NCBI GenBank assembly: GCA_964438845.1
Contig: CAYTLN010000002.1
Coordinates: forward strand, 4,668 to 68,667
Reading direction: 5' to 3'
From: an uncultured Gammaproteobacteria bacterium
Lineage (GTDB): Bacteria; Patescibacteriota; Patescibacteriia; Patescibacteriales; Patescibacteriaceae
Length of the DNA: 64,000 nucleotides
Part shown: piece after piece, positions 8,992 through 18,822 of the stretch
Position numbering within the stretch: position 1 is the first letter of the stretch
Layout: every line of letters starts with the position of its first letter
Notes under the pieces: generated by a model
Seen by the model: the letters and a program-made list of their open reading frames with translations, nothing else
Databases searched by the model: none
Told to the model about the DNA's origin: nothing
Translations under genes and position numbers: made by a program

Positions 8992-11010
8992 ATGTTTGAA
9001 CAATCAGGTGAAAAGCACCCCAATCTTTTGAAAGTCTACGGCGCTCCTATCGCCCAGGAACCGATGCCCGGTCCCGGCTTTTATGACGGGCCGAAGAAGA
9101 GCCGCACCAATATCTTTATCTTCGGGTTAAAGGTCATTTTTTTTGCGGTTTTGCTCGTGTTAGCTATCGCTCTTGCCTTGATCGGCTTTAACGTCAAGCA
9201 CGTCACGGGAGTCTACCAGCACGTGTCTGCGGGAAAGACCGCGCTTGAAGATGCTCTCTCATCCGCTCTCAAGTCGGATTTCATGGCGGCCAGCTCGAAG
9301 GCCGACGCAGCCACGGCTGAATTCAAATCGGGGCTCGAGGAGCTCGAAGCGATCCGGCTCGGGCCTATCGGCTATATCAAGGAGATCGCCGTCTATAAGA
9401 CGGACGCCGAGCATCTGGTAAAAAGCGGGCAAGCGCTTAGCGAAGCGATGGGGCGGGCGACATCATACGCCTACGGGCTCAATGATGTCATTGCCGCCAA
9501 CGGTTCGACGAGCTTTTCCCAGCTGTCAGTCGAAAAGAAGCGTCAGATACTATCGACGATCTATAACGCCGAACCGGCACTCGGCGATGTCCAAGATTCG
9601 CTGGATGAAAGCTTATCTGAACTCAATGCCATCACGTCGCTCGGCTGGCTCGGCCCCCTAAGTGTCCGGATTGAAGAGTTGAAAGAAGCCATTGCCAAGG
9701 GCACTCATACACTCGACGAAGCTTCACCGTTGACCCGATTGTTGCCCCCGATGCTCGGGTATCCTGAGACGGCGCGCTATCTGCTCGTCCTGCAGAACTC
9801 CGATGAGCTGCGCCCGACCGGAGGCTTTATCGGCACGTACGGCATCATCCAGACGAAAGACGGCGATTTCGAACGGTTCGAGACCCATGATATCTACCAT
9901 ATCGACATCCCGGTCCAGGATAAGGTCAATGTCACGCCGCCCGATCCGCTCAAGAAATACTTGATCCCGAAATGGTACATGCGCGATTCGAACTGGTCTC
10001 CGGACTGGCCGACGTCGGCTGAGAATATCCTGCGTTTTTATAAGCTCGAGAATGCGGCCGCGGCGAAGCCTGATCCGATCACGGATTTCAATGGCGTCAT
10101 CGGCATCACGCCCGACTTGATCATCGACCTGATGAAGCTGACGGGACCGGTGACGATCGATAACGTGACGTACACGCCCGAGAACTTCGTCGACTTGCTC
10201 CAGTACCAGGTAGAAACCAACTACGTCAAACTCGGCGTTTCGATGTGGCAACGCAAAGAAGTCATCGGCGATATCGCGAAAGCGATCAAGCAGCGCTTGC
10301 TCGATCTGCCGCTCGGACGCTGGCAGGAGCTGATCAATGTCGTCAGCGACAACATCGCTCGCAAGAACCTGCTCCTGTATTCGCGCGATCCGTCGCTCGA
10401 CCGACTGATCCGCGAGCAGGGCTGGTCGGGTGAAGTGCGCCACACCTGGGGAGATTTCGTCATGGTCGTCGATGCTAACCTTGCAGCATTAAAGACTGAT
10501 GCGGTGATGACGCGCCAGATAAATTATAAGCTGACGCAAAAACCGGACGGACGCCTCACGTCAATCTTGACCGTCAATTATTTCCATAACGGGTCGTTCG
10601 ATTGGAAGACATCGCATTATCGGACATACACCCGCGTCTATGTCCCGTCGGGCAGCACGCTTATCAAGGCCTCGGGCTTTACCGAGGGACCGGTAGCGGT
10701 CGGTCAGGAACTCGACAAGACGTACTTCGGCGGTTTCCTGAAGATCGCGCCGAAGCAGATGGCCCAGCTCGTCTTCGAGTATGATTTGCCTGAGCGGATG
10801 AGCAAGAATATGGAACAATATAAGAATTACAGCTTGATCGTGCAGCGCCAGCCGGGCAGCCAGGTGTCGAAAGTGACGGTTGACGCGACCTTCAAGAATG
10901 CGATACAATCCTACAGTCCTGCGACCCTCTATTCCCAGGCCAAAGAGCCTAACCGCTTCGCCGCAGACGGCGATCTGCGGACCGACCGCAGCTTCTTAAT
11001 CAACTTCTAA
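8992..11010 (+). CDS. DUF4012 domain-containing membrane protein
   Basis: 672 aa. N-terminal TM. LLVLQNSDELRPTGGFIGTYGIIQ and NWSPDWPTSA match what I recall of DUF4012. Confidence 0.8.
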   Translation: MFEQSGEKHPNLLKVYGAPIAQEPMPGPGFYDGPKKSRTNIFIFGLKVIFFAVLLVLAIALALIGFNVKHVTGVYQHVSAGKTALEDALSSALKSDFMAASSKADAATAEFKSGLEELEAIRLGPIGYIKEIAVYKTDAEHLVKSGQALSEAMGRATSYAYGLNDVIAANGSTSFSQLSVEKKRQILSTIYNAEPALGDVQDSLDESLSELNAITSLGWLGPLSVRIEELKEAIAKGTHTLDEASPLTRLLPPMLGYPETARYLLVLQNSDELRPTGGFIGTYGIIQTKDGDFERFETHDIYHIDIPVQDKVNVTPPDPLKKYLIPKWYMRDSNWSPDWPTSAENILRFYKLENAAAAKPDPITDFNGVIGITPDLIIDLMKLTGPVTIDNVTYTPENFVDLLQYQVETNYVKLGVSMWQRKEVIGDIAKAIKQRLLDLPLGRWQELINVVSDNIARKNLLLYSRDPSLDRLIREQGWSGEVRHTWGDFVMVVDANLAALKTDAVMTRQINYKLTQKPDGRLTSILTVNYFHNGSFDWKTSHYRTYTRVYVPSGSTLIKASGFTEGPVAVGQELDKTYFGGFLKIAPKQMAQLVFEYDLPERMSKNMEQYKNYSLIVQRQPGSQVSKVTVDATFKNAIQSYSPATLYSQAKEPNRFAADGDLRTDRSFLINF

Positions 11011-11012
11011 TC

Positions 11013-12020
11013 ATGTTTATAAAACGGATCGGTATCGATCTCGGCACGACCTATACGCTTGTCCATGTCCCGCGCCGCGGGATTGTTATTAACGAGCCGT
11101 CGGTCGTCGCCATCTCGATGAGCGACAAGAAAATCCTGGCTGTCGGCAACGAAGCCAAAGACATGCTCGGGCGTACGCCTGGCAATATCATGGCGATCAA
11201 GCCGCTCAAGGACGGCGTCATCGCCGACTACCATACGACGGAAGCGATGCTGCGTTATTTCATCAATAAGGCGCTTGCCGGCGTCCGCCTCCTGCGTCCG
11301 GAAGTGATGGTCGCGGTTCCGGCCGGCATCACCTCGACCGAACGCCGCGCCGTCATCGACGCGACGATCGCTGCCGGTGCCAAGGCCGCCTATATCATCA
11401 AGGAACCGATCGCGGCCGCTATCGGCGCCGATATTCCGATCGGATCCGCTTCGGGCCATATGATCGTCGACATCGGCGGAGGGACGGCGGAAATGGCCGT
11501 CATCTCGCTCGGCGGCGTCGTCACATCGACATCCGTCCGCGTCGGCGGCACGAAATTCGACAGCTCGATCATCGACTATATCCGCCGCAAGTACAATCTC
11601 GTCATCGGTGAACGCACGGCCGAGGAGATCAAGATCACCATCGGCTCAGCTTTGTACCTTGAAGATAAGCTGACGATGGAAATCCGCGGGCGCGATATCA
11701 TCACCGGTTTGCCGCGCAACATCATCGTCTCATCGGACGATGTCACGGAAGCGATCCAGAACGAGCTCGAAGCGATCATCGCCGCGGCGAAGAACGTCCT
11801 GCGCGAGACGCCGCCCGAACTTGCATCAGACATTATGGACAAAGGCATGGTCTTGTCGGGCGGATCCTCGCTCCTGCGCAACCTTGACCAGCTCTTGTAC
11901 CGTACGACCGACGTGCCGGCGTATGTCGCTGATGAAGCCTTGCTTTGCGTCGCCAAAGGCACCGGCATCGCCCTCGAGAACCTCGAATCATATAAGCGAA
12001 GCATCTTCGCGACGAAGTAA
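11013..12020 (+). CDS. mreB: rod shape-determining actin homolog MreB
   Basis: 335 aa. IGIDLGTTYT, DIGGGTAEMAVIS and VLSGGSSLLRNLD actin-fold motifs. Confidence 0.92.
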   Translation: MFIKRIGIDLGTTYTLVHVPRRGIVINEPSVVAISMSDKKILAVGNEAKDMLGRTPGNIMAIKPLKDGVIADYHTTEAMLRYFINKALAGVRLLRPEVMVAVPAGITSTERRAVIDATIAAGAKAAYIIKEPIAAAIGADIPIGSASGHMIVDIGGGTAEMAVISLGGVVTSTSVRVGGTKFDSSIIDYIRRKYNLVIGERTAEEIKITIGSALYLEDKLTMEIRGRDIITGLPRNIIVSSDDVTEAIQNELEAIIAAAKNVLRETPPELASDIMDKGMVLSGGSSLLRNLDQLLYRTTDVPAYVADEALLCVAKGTGIALENLESYKRSIFATK

Positions 12021-12021
12021 T

Positions 12022-13287
12022 ATGATCATCGGCATCGACGCGAGCCGCGCCAATAGATCTCACAAAAGCGGAACCGAATGGTATTCGTATTACCTGATCC
12101 GTGCCTTGGCCCGGCTTGATGGTGAAAACACGTACATCTTATATACGGACAAGCCTCTTACCGGAGGCATGGCCGACTTAACCATGGAAAACGCGCCGAC
12201 CGAGCCGTCGTTCACGAGCGACGGTTTCCAGGAGATCAAGAGCCCCCATGGCAACTTCAAGGGGAAAGTGCTCTCATGGCCGAGCAAATTTTTCTGGACC
12301 CAGGGACGGCTTTCTTTGGAAATGCTGCTTCATCGTCCGGACGTGCTCTTCGTCCCGGCTCATGCCTTGCCGCTTATCCATCCTAAGCGTTCCGTCGTCA
12401 CGATCCATGATATCGGCTTCCGTTATGACGAGAAGCTGTATGAAGCCGCTCGCATCGGCGCGGAATCGCGCCGCCGTCGCAATATCCTTGATTTTATCGT
12501 CCGTTTCCTGAGTCGCGGCGCCCTCGGAGCGAATACCCGCGATTATCTCGAATGGTCGACCGCGTTTTCCCTTAAGAAAGCGTCGCGGATCATTGCCGTT
12601 TCAGAATTTACAAAACAAGAGATCGCTTCTGTCTATGCTACGCCTGAAGCGAAGCTGGTTGTCGTGCCGCACGGATATAACAGCACGCTGTACCGTCCGA
12701 TCGCCGATGAGGCAGGCGCTGAACGAGCGCTGGCCCGTTATAACATCAGGGAACCGTATCTTTTTTACGTCGGCCGTTTGGAAAAGAAAAAGAATACGGC
12801 GACCCTTATCGAAGCTTTCGCCCTGCTCAAGGAAAGCCGAAAGAATTTCCCGTACAAGTTGTATCTGATAGGGGACGCAAGCTACGGGTTTGATGACATA
12901 AAATACACGATCCATGAATTCAGCATGGAAAAGGATGTGATCGCTACCGGTTGGGCAGCTGAGGAAGATTTGCCGTATATCTACAGCCGAGCTTCGGCAT
13001 TCGTCTTTCCTTCTAACTATGAAGGCTTTGGAATTCCGCTCTTGCAGGCGATGGCGACGAAGACGCCGATCGCCGCCTCGAAAGCCGCTTCAATTCCGGA
13101 AGTAGCCGGAGATGCGGCGGAATATTTCGATCCTAAGGACCCGAGAGATATGGCTGAAGCAATGGGCCGCGTCCTTGAAGACGAGCCTTTGCGAGTGCGC
13201 CTGATCGATGCCGGAACTCGCCGAGTAGCCGCCTATGGCTGGGATCGGTGCGCCCGCGAGACCCTCGACGTTCTTAAAAGCGCCTAA
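12022..13287 (+). CDS. glycosyltransferase family 4 (GT-B)
   Basis: Start moved to the ATG 2 nt after the mreB stop (MIIGIDASRAN). The track start at 11740 would overlap mreB. EGFGIPLLQAMATKTPIAAS. Confidence 0.85.
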   Translation: MIIGIDASRANRSHKSGTEWYSYYLIRALARLDGENTYILYTDKPLTGGMADLTMENAPTEPSFTSDGFQEIKSPHGNFKGKVLSWPSKFFWTQGRLSLEMLLHRPDVLFVPAHALPLIHPKRSVVTIHDIGFRYDEKLYEAARIGAESRRRRNILDFIVRFLSRGALGANTRDYLEWSTAFSLKKASRIIAVSEFTKQEIASVYATPEAKLVVVPHGYNSTLYRPIADEAGAERALARYNIREPYLFYVGRLEKKKNTATLIEAFALLKESRKNFPYKLYLIGDASYGFDDIKYTIHEFSMEKDVIATGWAAEEDLPYIYSRASAFVFPSNYEGFGIPLLQAMATKTPIAASKAASIPEVAGDAAEYFDPKDPRDMAEAMGRVLEDEPLRVRLIDAGTRRVAAYGWDRCARETLDVLKSA

Positions 13288-13312
13288 TTTTGGCCTGTGC
13301 TATACTAATGGT

Positions 13313-15556
13313 ATGAAACGCCTGTATCTAGCCATTACAGCCGGTATTATGATATCCGTTCTTTGCCCGAACGGTTCTTTTGTTTTTTCCGCCGGGCTTG
13401 TATCCGATCACCCGGGAGGGGACGCGAGCGTTGAAACCGTGTTGGTAAAATATCGCGGCGAAACGGCCCCCCGCGAATATCCGATTACCGGCTCTTTATC
13501 TAAGACCCTGTCTCGACTTTCTCTTGATCCACGCGTCGAATACGCTGAGCCTAACTATATCTATGAGGCGGCGTTCATGCCGTCTGACTCCTATGTGACT
13601 AACCAGTGGTATTTACGGAAGATCAAAGCCCCCGAAGCTTGGTCGGTCCGCGCGATCAGCCCCCGTGCGGTCATCGCTATCATCGATTCGGGTGTCCAGA
13701 TTACGCATTCAGATTTGCGCGACAATATCTGGGTGAATGATGCGGAGATTGAGGGAAATAAAAAAGATGATGATAATAACGGGCTGATTGATGACCGATT
13801 CGGATGGGATTTCGTCAACAATGTCGCCGACCCTTCGCCGAAGTTTGCTCCCGGATTTACTGAAGGCGGTATCATGCACGGCACGATTATCGCGGGACTT
13901 GCAGCGGCGGCCGGAAATAATAATTACGGCATTGCCGGCATTACATGGGAAACCCAGATCATGGCATTGAAGGCGCTGGATGATAAGGGGAGCGGTGATA
14001 CCGCCGCCGTCATTAAAGCTATCGACTACGCCGTTGCCAAAGGGGCGAACGTCATCAACCTCAGTTTTATCGGCTACGGGTATAGCCGCGGATTAAAGGA
14101 TGCAATCACTCGCGCGTATAACGCGGGTGTCATCGTCGTGGCGCCGGCAGGCAATGATCTGGCTGGCGGACATGGGATGAATCTCAACGATCGGCCGGTA
14201 TATCCGGCTTGTTTTCGGGGCAACCACGATGAACGTATCGTTGTTGGCGTGGCGGCTACCGATCAGCTCGATCAGAAAACTTCATTTTCCGGCTATGGCG
14301 ATCGCTGTATCGATATCGCCGCTCCGGGGATGAGTTTTTTCAGTACGACGGTGAAAGCGCCGGCTAAATCTGCGGGCGGTAAATTTTTCAACCAGGAGTA
14401 TGGAGGTTATTGGTCCGGCACGTCGTTCCCCGTCGCCCTCGTGAGCGGCGCGATCGCTTTGATCCAGGGGGCGAATCCGACGCTGGCTCCGGAACAGGCC
14501 GTCGATATGCTCCTTAGGAACGCGGATAATATAGATTTTATCAACCCGGAGTATGCCGGACAGTTAGGGCACGGCCGATTGAACATTGGCTCAAGCGTCA
14601 GCGAAGCAGACCATCAATTAAGCAGATATGAAGCGAAGATAGCGACTGCGATCGGCTCAGCCGGTTCACCGGTCATTCGTGTTAATGACACTCAGGGAGC
14701 GACTGAGTTTAGATTCTTGGCGTATCCGGAAAATTTTCAGGGAGGCGTAAACATCGCGGCAGCCGATATCAATGGCGATGGAAGCGATGAGATCATTACT
14801 GCTCCTGCTTCCGGCCGTGAATCTGATATACGCATCTTTGACCGGAACGGCAGGATGCTGTCGCATTTCCTGGCGTATCCCGCTTCGTTCCGGGGCGGTG
14901 TCAATCTCGCAGTCGGGGATATTGATGGAGATGGAACGATTGAGATCATTACGGCTCCCGAAAGAGGGATGAAGTCTGAGATTAAGATATTTTCGGCTAA
15001 CGGTAAGCGCAAGCAGTCTTTCCTCGCTTATCCGGCCAGCTTTATGGGCGGCGTTTCGATTGCGGTCGGCAACGTCGTCGATGGCGCCGATCCCGAGATA
15101 GTGACAGCCCCCGGGGTAGGCGGTGTGCCGGAAGTCCGTGTCTTTTCTTCGGAAGGCCGGAAAATCAGTTCGTTCGTGACTGATCCTTCTCGCAAGCCGG
15201 TTGGTTTGCGAGTAGCCTTGGCTGAACTTGACGGCAATGCCCGCCGGCTTCACAATGAAATCATAGTCAGCCGCCGCAGCGGTCCGCCGATTATCAGTTT
15301 CTTCGATTTTAGAGGGAACCTTCGCAAAAATTGGGCGGCATATAGTTCGCCGTATGCGGGAGATGTGAAAGTCTCCGTCGCTGATATCGACCGTGATGGT
15401 TATTCGGAAATCATGACGGCTCCCGGTTCCGGCGCGGCGCCTCATGTTCGGATTTTCGATCGGACCGGAACCATTATCCGTTCATTCTATATGTTTCCGA
15501 CGACATTTTCCGGCGGCCTGAGCGTTACCGGCTTGCTTGTAAAACCTAATCCGTAA
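13313..15556 (+). CDS. S8 subtilisin-like serine peptidase with C-terminal FG-GAP/VCBS-type repeats
   Basis: Signal/TM MKRLYLAITAGIMISVL. Catalytic triad contexts AIIDSGV, HGTIIAGLAAA and GTSFPVALVSGA. At least 5 repeats of the type DI(N/D)GDGxxEIITAP...RIFD follow. Confidence 0.85.
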   Translation: MKRLYLAITAGIMISVLCPNGSFVFSAGLVSDHPGGDASVETVLVKYRGETAPREYPITGSLSKTLSRLSLDPRVEYAEPNYIYEAAFMPSDSYVTNQWYLRKIKAPEAWSVRAISPRAVIAIIDSGVQITHSDLRDNIWVNDAEIEGNKKDDDNNGLIDDRFGWDFVNNVADPSPKFAPGFTEGGIMHGTIIAGLAAAAGNNNYGIAGITWETQIMALKALDDKGSGDTAAVIKAIDYAVAKGANVINLSFIGYGYSRGLKDAITRAYNAGVIVVAPAGNDLAGGHGMNLNDRPVYPACFRGNHDERIVVGVAATDQLDQKTSFSGYGDRCIDIAAPGMSFFSTTVKAPAKSAGGKFFNQEYGGYWSGTSFPVALVSGAIALIQGANPTLAPEQAVDMLLRNADNIDFINPEYAGQLGHGRLNIGSSVSEADHQLSRYEAKIATAIGSAGSPVIRVNDTQGATEFRFLAYPENFQGGVNIAAADINGDGSDEIITAPASGRESDIRIFDRNGRMLSHFLAYPASFRGGVNLAVGDIDGDGTIEIITAPERGMKSEIKIFSANGKRKQSFLAYPASFMGGVSIAVGNVVDGADPEIVTAPGVGGVPEVRVFSSEGRKISSFVTDPSRKPVGLRVALAELDGNARRLHNEIIVSRRSGPPIISFFDFRGNLRKNWAAYSSPYAGDVKVSVADIDRDGYSEIMTAPGSGAAPHVRIFDRTGTIIRSFYMFPTTFSGGLSVTGLLVKPNP

Positions 15557-15566
15557 TTACCTATTT

Positions 15567-16592
15567 ATGTTCAAACGCCCGATTTTTGATAAGAAGAACG
15601 TGCTTGTTATCGGCGGGGCCGGATTTTTCGGTTCGCATCTTTGCGATGAGCTGATCAAGGATTCCAAAGTGATCTGCATCGATAACTTCTCGTCAGGTGA
15701 CGAGAAGAATATCGATCATCTTTTGGCTCATCCCGATTTCCGATTCATCCGCCACGACATGAGCGAGACCATCGATCTCGAATCGTTTGCCGAGCTGGCG
15801 GCTTTTAAGATCGAGTTTCAGGGTATTCAGGAGATTTATAATCTCGCCTGTCCGACGGCGCCGATACATTTCGAAAAGAATCGGATCGCGAATTTGCTCG
15901 CGAATTCATATGCTGTCAAGAACGCGCTCGATATCGCGGTCAAGTACCAATCGAAGTTCATGCATTTTTCTTCTTCAGTCGTTTATGGTTCCCGTAATGG
16001 AGATGGTGACTTCGTCAAGGAAGAGAATATCGGAGCGGTCGATATGCTTTCTGATCGTTGTTCCTATGATGAAGGCAAGCGTTTTGCCGAAAGCATGGTC
16101 AAGACGTATAAGGACGTTTATAAACTCGATACGAAGATTGTCCGTCTCTTCCGAGCGTACGGTCCGCGGATGATGCTTGACCAGGGAAACTTGCTGCCAG
16201 ACTTCATCTCGAATGCCATTGACGGCAAAGATCTCGTCATCTATGGCGATAAGGACTTCGCTTCCTCGTTCTGCTATATTACCGATTGTCTCGACGCTAT
16301 TTTGAAAATGATGCAGTCTGATCTGCCGGGACCGCTCAACATCGGTTCAGATCGGGATATCAATCTTACTGAAGTGGCTAACATGGTCATCTCGATGATC
16401 GGCTCTAAATCCAAGGTCGTTTATGCTGAGCCGATGCTTTTCATGACTCCGCTCAAATTGCCTGATATTTCAAAGGCGCGCGACTTGCTCGGGTGGATGC
16501 CGCTTGTCAGCATCGAGGCCGGTTTGGAGAAGACAATCAACGATTTGCGTGCCAACAAAGGAATCAAGCGTATCGGCGGTTACGGGTTGTAG
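15567..16592 (+). CDS. NAD-dependent epimerase/dehydratase, UDP-glucuronate decarboxylase-like
   Basis: GGAGFFGSHLCD Rossmann motif, ICIDNFSSGDEKNIDHL, and YDEGKR (Y-x3-K). Confidence 0.82.
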   Translation: MFKRPIFDKKNVLVIGGAGFFGSHLCDELIKDSKVICIDNFSSGDEKNIDHLLAHPDFRFIRHDMSETIDLESFAELAAFKIEFQGIQEIYNLACPTAPIHFEKNRIANLLANSYAVKNALDIAVKYQSKFMHFSSSVVYGSRNGDGDFVKEENIGAVDMLSDRCSYDEGKRFAESMVKTYKDVYKLDTKIVRLFRAYGPRMMLDQGNLLPDFISNAIDGKDLVIYGDKDFASSFCYITDCLDAILKMMQSDLPGPLNIGSDRDINLTEVANMVISMIGSKSKVVYAEPMLFMTPLKLPDISKARDLLGWMPLVSIEAGLEKTINDLRANKGIKRIGGYGL

Positions 16593-16593
16593 T

Positions 16594-17271
16594 ATGAAAG
16601 TAGTCTGCGTCATACCGGCCTGGAATGAAGCTCCGACCGCCGAGGGCAGCGCGTTGCCGACGGTAGTCAAGAGCATCGTTGATAAGGTTGATTCGATAGT
16701 CGTCGTAGAAGACGGTTCGATTGATCAGACATTCGATGTCGCTCGAGGGCTTCCGGTCAAGCTTCTTCGCCATGCCATCAATCGGGGACAGGGGGCGACA
16801 CTGAAGACCGGCACTCAATATGCGTTAGAGTCCGGCGCGGATATTATCGTTCATTTTGACGCGGATGGGCAGTTCCGAGCGGAAGATATCGCTCGTGTCA
16901 TTGAACCAATCAGGAATGGAGAGGCCGATATCGTTTTCGGATCACGTTTTCTTGACGATACGACTATCATGCCTGTTCTGAAACGACGTTTTATTATGCC
17001 GTTGGCCCGTTTTGTTAACCGCGTGTTCTTCAATGTCCGGACCTCGGATCCTCAGAGCGGTTTCCGTGCATTCAGTCGCGAGGCGGCCCAGCGTGTCGAT
17101 TGGCATCAGGATCGGATGGCTCATTGCACGGAGATCCTTTTTGCCGCTCATGATTCCGGGATGCGCATCAAAGAAGTGCCTATCACCGTTTTTTATCCCG
17201 ATTTCGGTCAGGGGATGGGTGTCGGTTTCAAGATCCTGCGCGATATGATCATCGCGAAGTTAAATTCATAA
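16594..17271 (+). CDS. glycosyltransferase family 2 (polyprenol-phosphate glycosyltransferase-like)
   Basis: Start at MKVVCVIPAWNE, 2 nt after the previous stop. VVVEDGSIDQT and DADGQ (DxD). Confidence 0.85.
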   Translation: MKVVCVIPAWNEAPTAEGSALPTVVKSIVDKVDSIVVVEDGSIDQTFDVARGLPVKLLRHAINRGQGATLKTGTQYALESGADIIVHFDADGQFRAEDIARVIEPIRNGEADIVFGSRFLDDTTIMPVLKRRFIMPLARFVNRVFFNVRTSDPQSGFRAFSREAAQRVDWHQDRMAHCTEILFAAHDSGMRIKEVPITVFYPDFGQGMGVGFKILRDMIIAKLNS

Positions 17272-17275
17272 CCAT

Positions 17276-17611
17276 ATGCTGCAAGAAGCTATCGCTCTCA
17301 TCGTCATACTATTCTTTCTCGGACGGCTCGCTTGGCAGTATTATCACAGCCAGCTCGGACGCGGACAATTTGTTTTTTGGCTTATCTTCTGGTTCGCGGC
17401 CGGCATGCTTGTCATCTACATCCGTAAGATCGACCTGCTCGTTTCCCGACTTGGTTTTTCCAGCAACGGTATCGAGCTTCTGCTCTATATTTCTGTCGTC
17501 GTCATGTTCTACCTGATCTTCCGGCAGCGCCTGATGATCGAGCGCCTCGAGCGCGATCTGACAACGCTTACACGCGAAGCGGCCCTCAGTCGCCGCGATC
17601 ATAACGGCTAG
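17276..17611 (+). CDS. DUF2304-like small membrane protein
   Basis: 111 aa with 3-4 TM segments. Lies immediately downstream of a GT2, the usual DUF2304 context. Confidence 0.65.
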   Translation: MLQEAIALIVILFFLGRLAWQYYHSQLGRGQFVFWLIFWFAAGMLVIYIRKIDLLVSRLGFSSNGIELLLYISVVVMFYLIFRQRLMIERLERDLTTLTREAALSRRDHNG

Positions 17612-17625
17612 ACCGTATCGCCGCT

Positions 17626-18822
17626 ATGAAAATCGCCCACGTCATCTCTACCTTTCCTCCGTACCGCGGAGGAATGGGAAACTCCGTGTACTACTCCGCC
17701 TTGGAAATTGCCAAGCTCGGCCATGATGTGACGATCTTTACGCCGAATTACGGCGCCGGCGTCCCGGCGGAGGAGAAGCTTCTGCCGAACGTGACGGTAA
17801 AGCGGCTACGTCCGCTTTTTTCGATCGGCAATGCAGCAGTCATGCCCCAGCTTGCCTGGCGGCTGTGGAATTTCGATATCATCCATCTCCACTATCCCTT
17901 TTACGGAACGGCCGATTTTATCGCTTTGATCGCCGTCTGGCGCCGGTTGACCGGGCGTCCGAGCCGGCTGCTCTTGCGGTATCATATGGATACGGTCGGT
18001 ACTGGAATAAAGCGCCTTATATTTTCAATCTATAAATTTTTCCTTCTGCCGGTAATTGCCCGCGCGGCGGATATGATTACCTGCTCCTCTCTTGATTATA
18101 TCAAGCACTCCGATCTCTCGGCATATTTTGAGAACCACCAGGAGAAGTTCGTCCAGGTCCCATTCGGGGTCGATGCCAAGATGTTTACGCCGCCGCCGGC
18201 AGGGCCGCGCGAACCGATCGTCATGTTCGTCGGAGGGTTGAATCATGAACATTATTTCAAGGGCGTTCCGCAGCTGATCAAAGCGTTTTCGCACGTTGCC
18301 CTCCGCTATCCCGAGGCCCGTCTTTGGCTTATCGGCAGCGGCGATCTTGAGGCGGAATACGGAAGCCTTGCTGAACGGCTCGGCGTCGGTGATAGGATGG
18401 AAATCAAGAATGCCGCTAGCGACGAAGCTATGCGAGATGATTATCGCAAAGCTTCGGTCCTCGTCCTGCCATCGGTCAATAAGAGCGAAGCTTTCGGGCT
18501 GGTTTTGCTCGAAGCGATGGCCTGCGCGACGCCGGTCATCGCTTCTAATCTTCCGGGAGTGAGAAGCGTTTTCCGTAATAAGGATCACGGCTTTCTCGTA
18601 CATCCGGGGGATGTAGACCACTTGGCGGAGAAGCTGTCGGAAGTACTAGGCGATCCGGAACAAGCTCGAGCGATGGGGGAACGCGCTCGACAGTGGGTCG
18701 AAGAAAATTATAGTTGGAACGGCGTAGCGGCCCAGCTCGAGGCATTATATTGCCGATTGTTTTATACGCCGACAGAAGAAGAAAAGTTGCAGGCTAAATA
18801 TGAAAATCTGCATCGTCAATAA
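17626..18822 (+). CDS. glycosyltransferase family 4
   Basis: 398 aa, GT-B fold. EAFGLVLLEAMACATPVIASNLPG. Confidence 0.85.
   Translation: MKIAHVISTFPPYRGGMGNSVYYSALEIAKLGHDVTIFTPNYGAGVPAEEKLLPNVTVKRLRPLFSIGNAAVMPQLAWRLWNFDIIHLHYPFYGTADFIALIAVWRRLTGRPSRLLLRYHMDTVGTGIKRLIFSIYKFFLLPVIARAADMITCSSLDYIKHSDLSAYFENHQEKFVQVPFGVDAKMFTPPPAGPREPIVMFVGGLNHEHYFKGVPQLIKAFSHVALRYPEARLWLIGSGDLEAEYGSLAERLGVGDRMEIKNAASDEAMRDDYRKASVLVLPSVNKSEAFGLVLLEAMACATPVIASNLPGVRSVFRNKDHGFLVHPGDVDHLAEKLSEVLGDPEQARAMGERARQWVEENYSWNGVAAQLEALYCRLFYTPTEEEKLQAKYENLHRQ

Noticed and set aside
11740-12021. Upstream-extended starts given by the ORF track: 11740, 13235, 16504, 26589, 39748, 49727, 54982, 54966 and 56792.
   Set aside because: The extensions overlap the preceding gene by 30-280 nt and encode Arg/Ser-rich junk. 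Internal ATGs placed 1-6 nt after the upstream stop, or after an SD or -10 element, give canonical N-termini.
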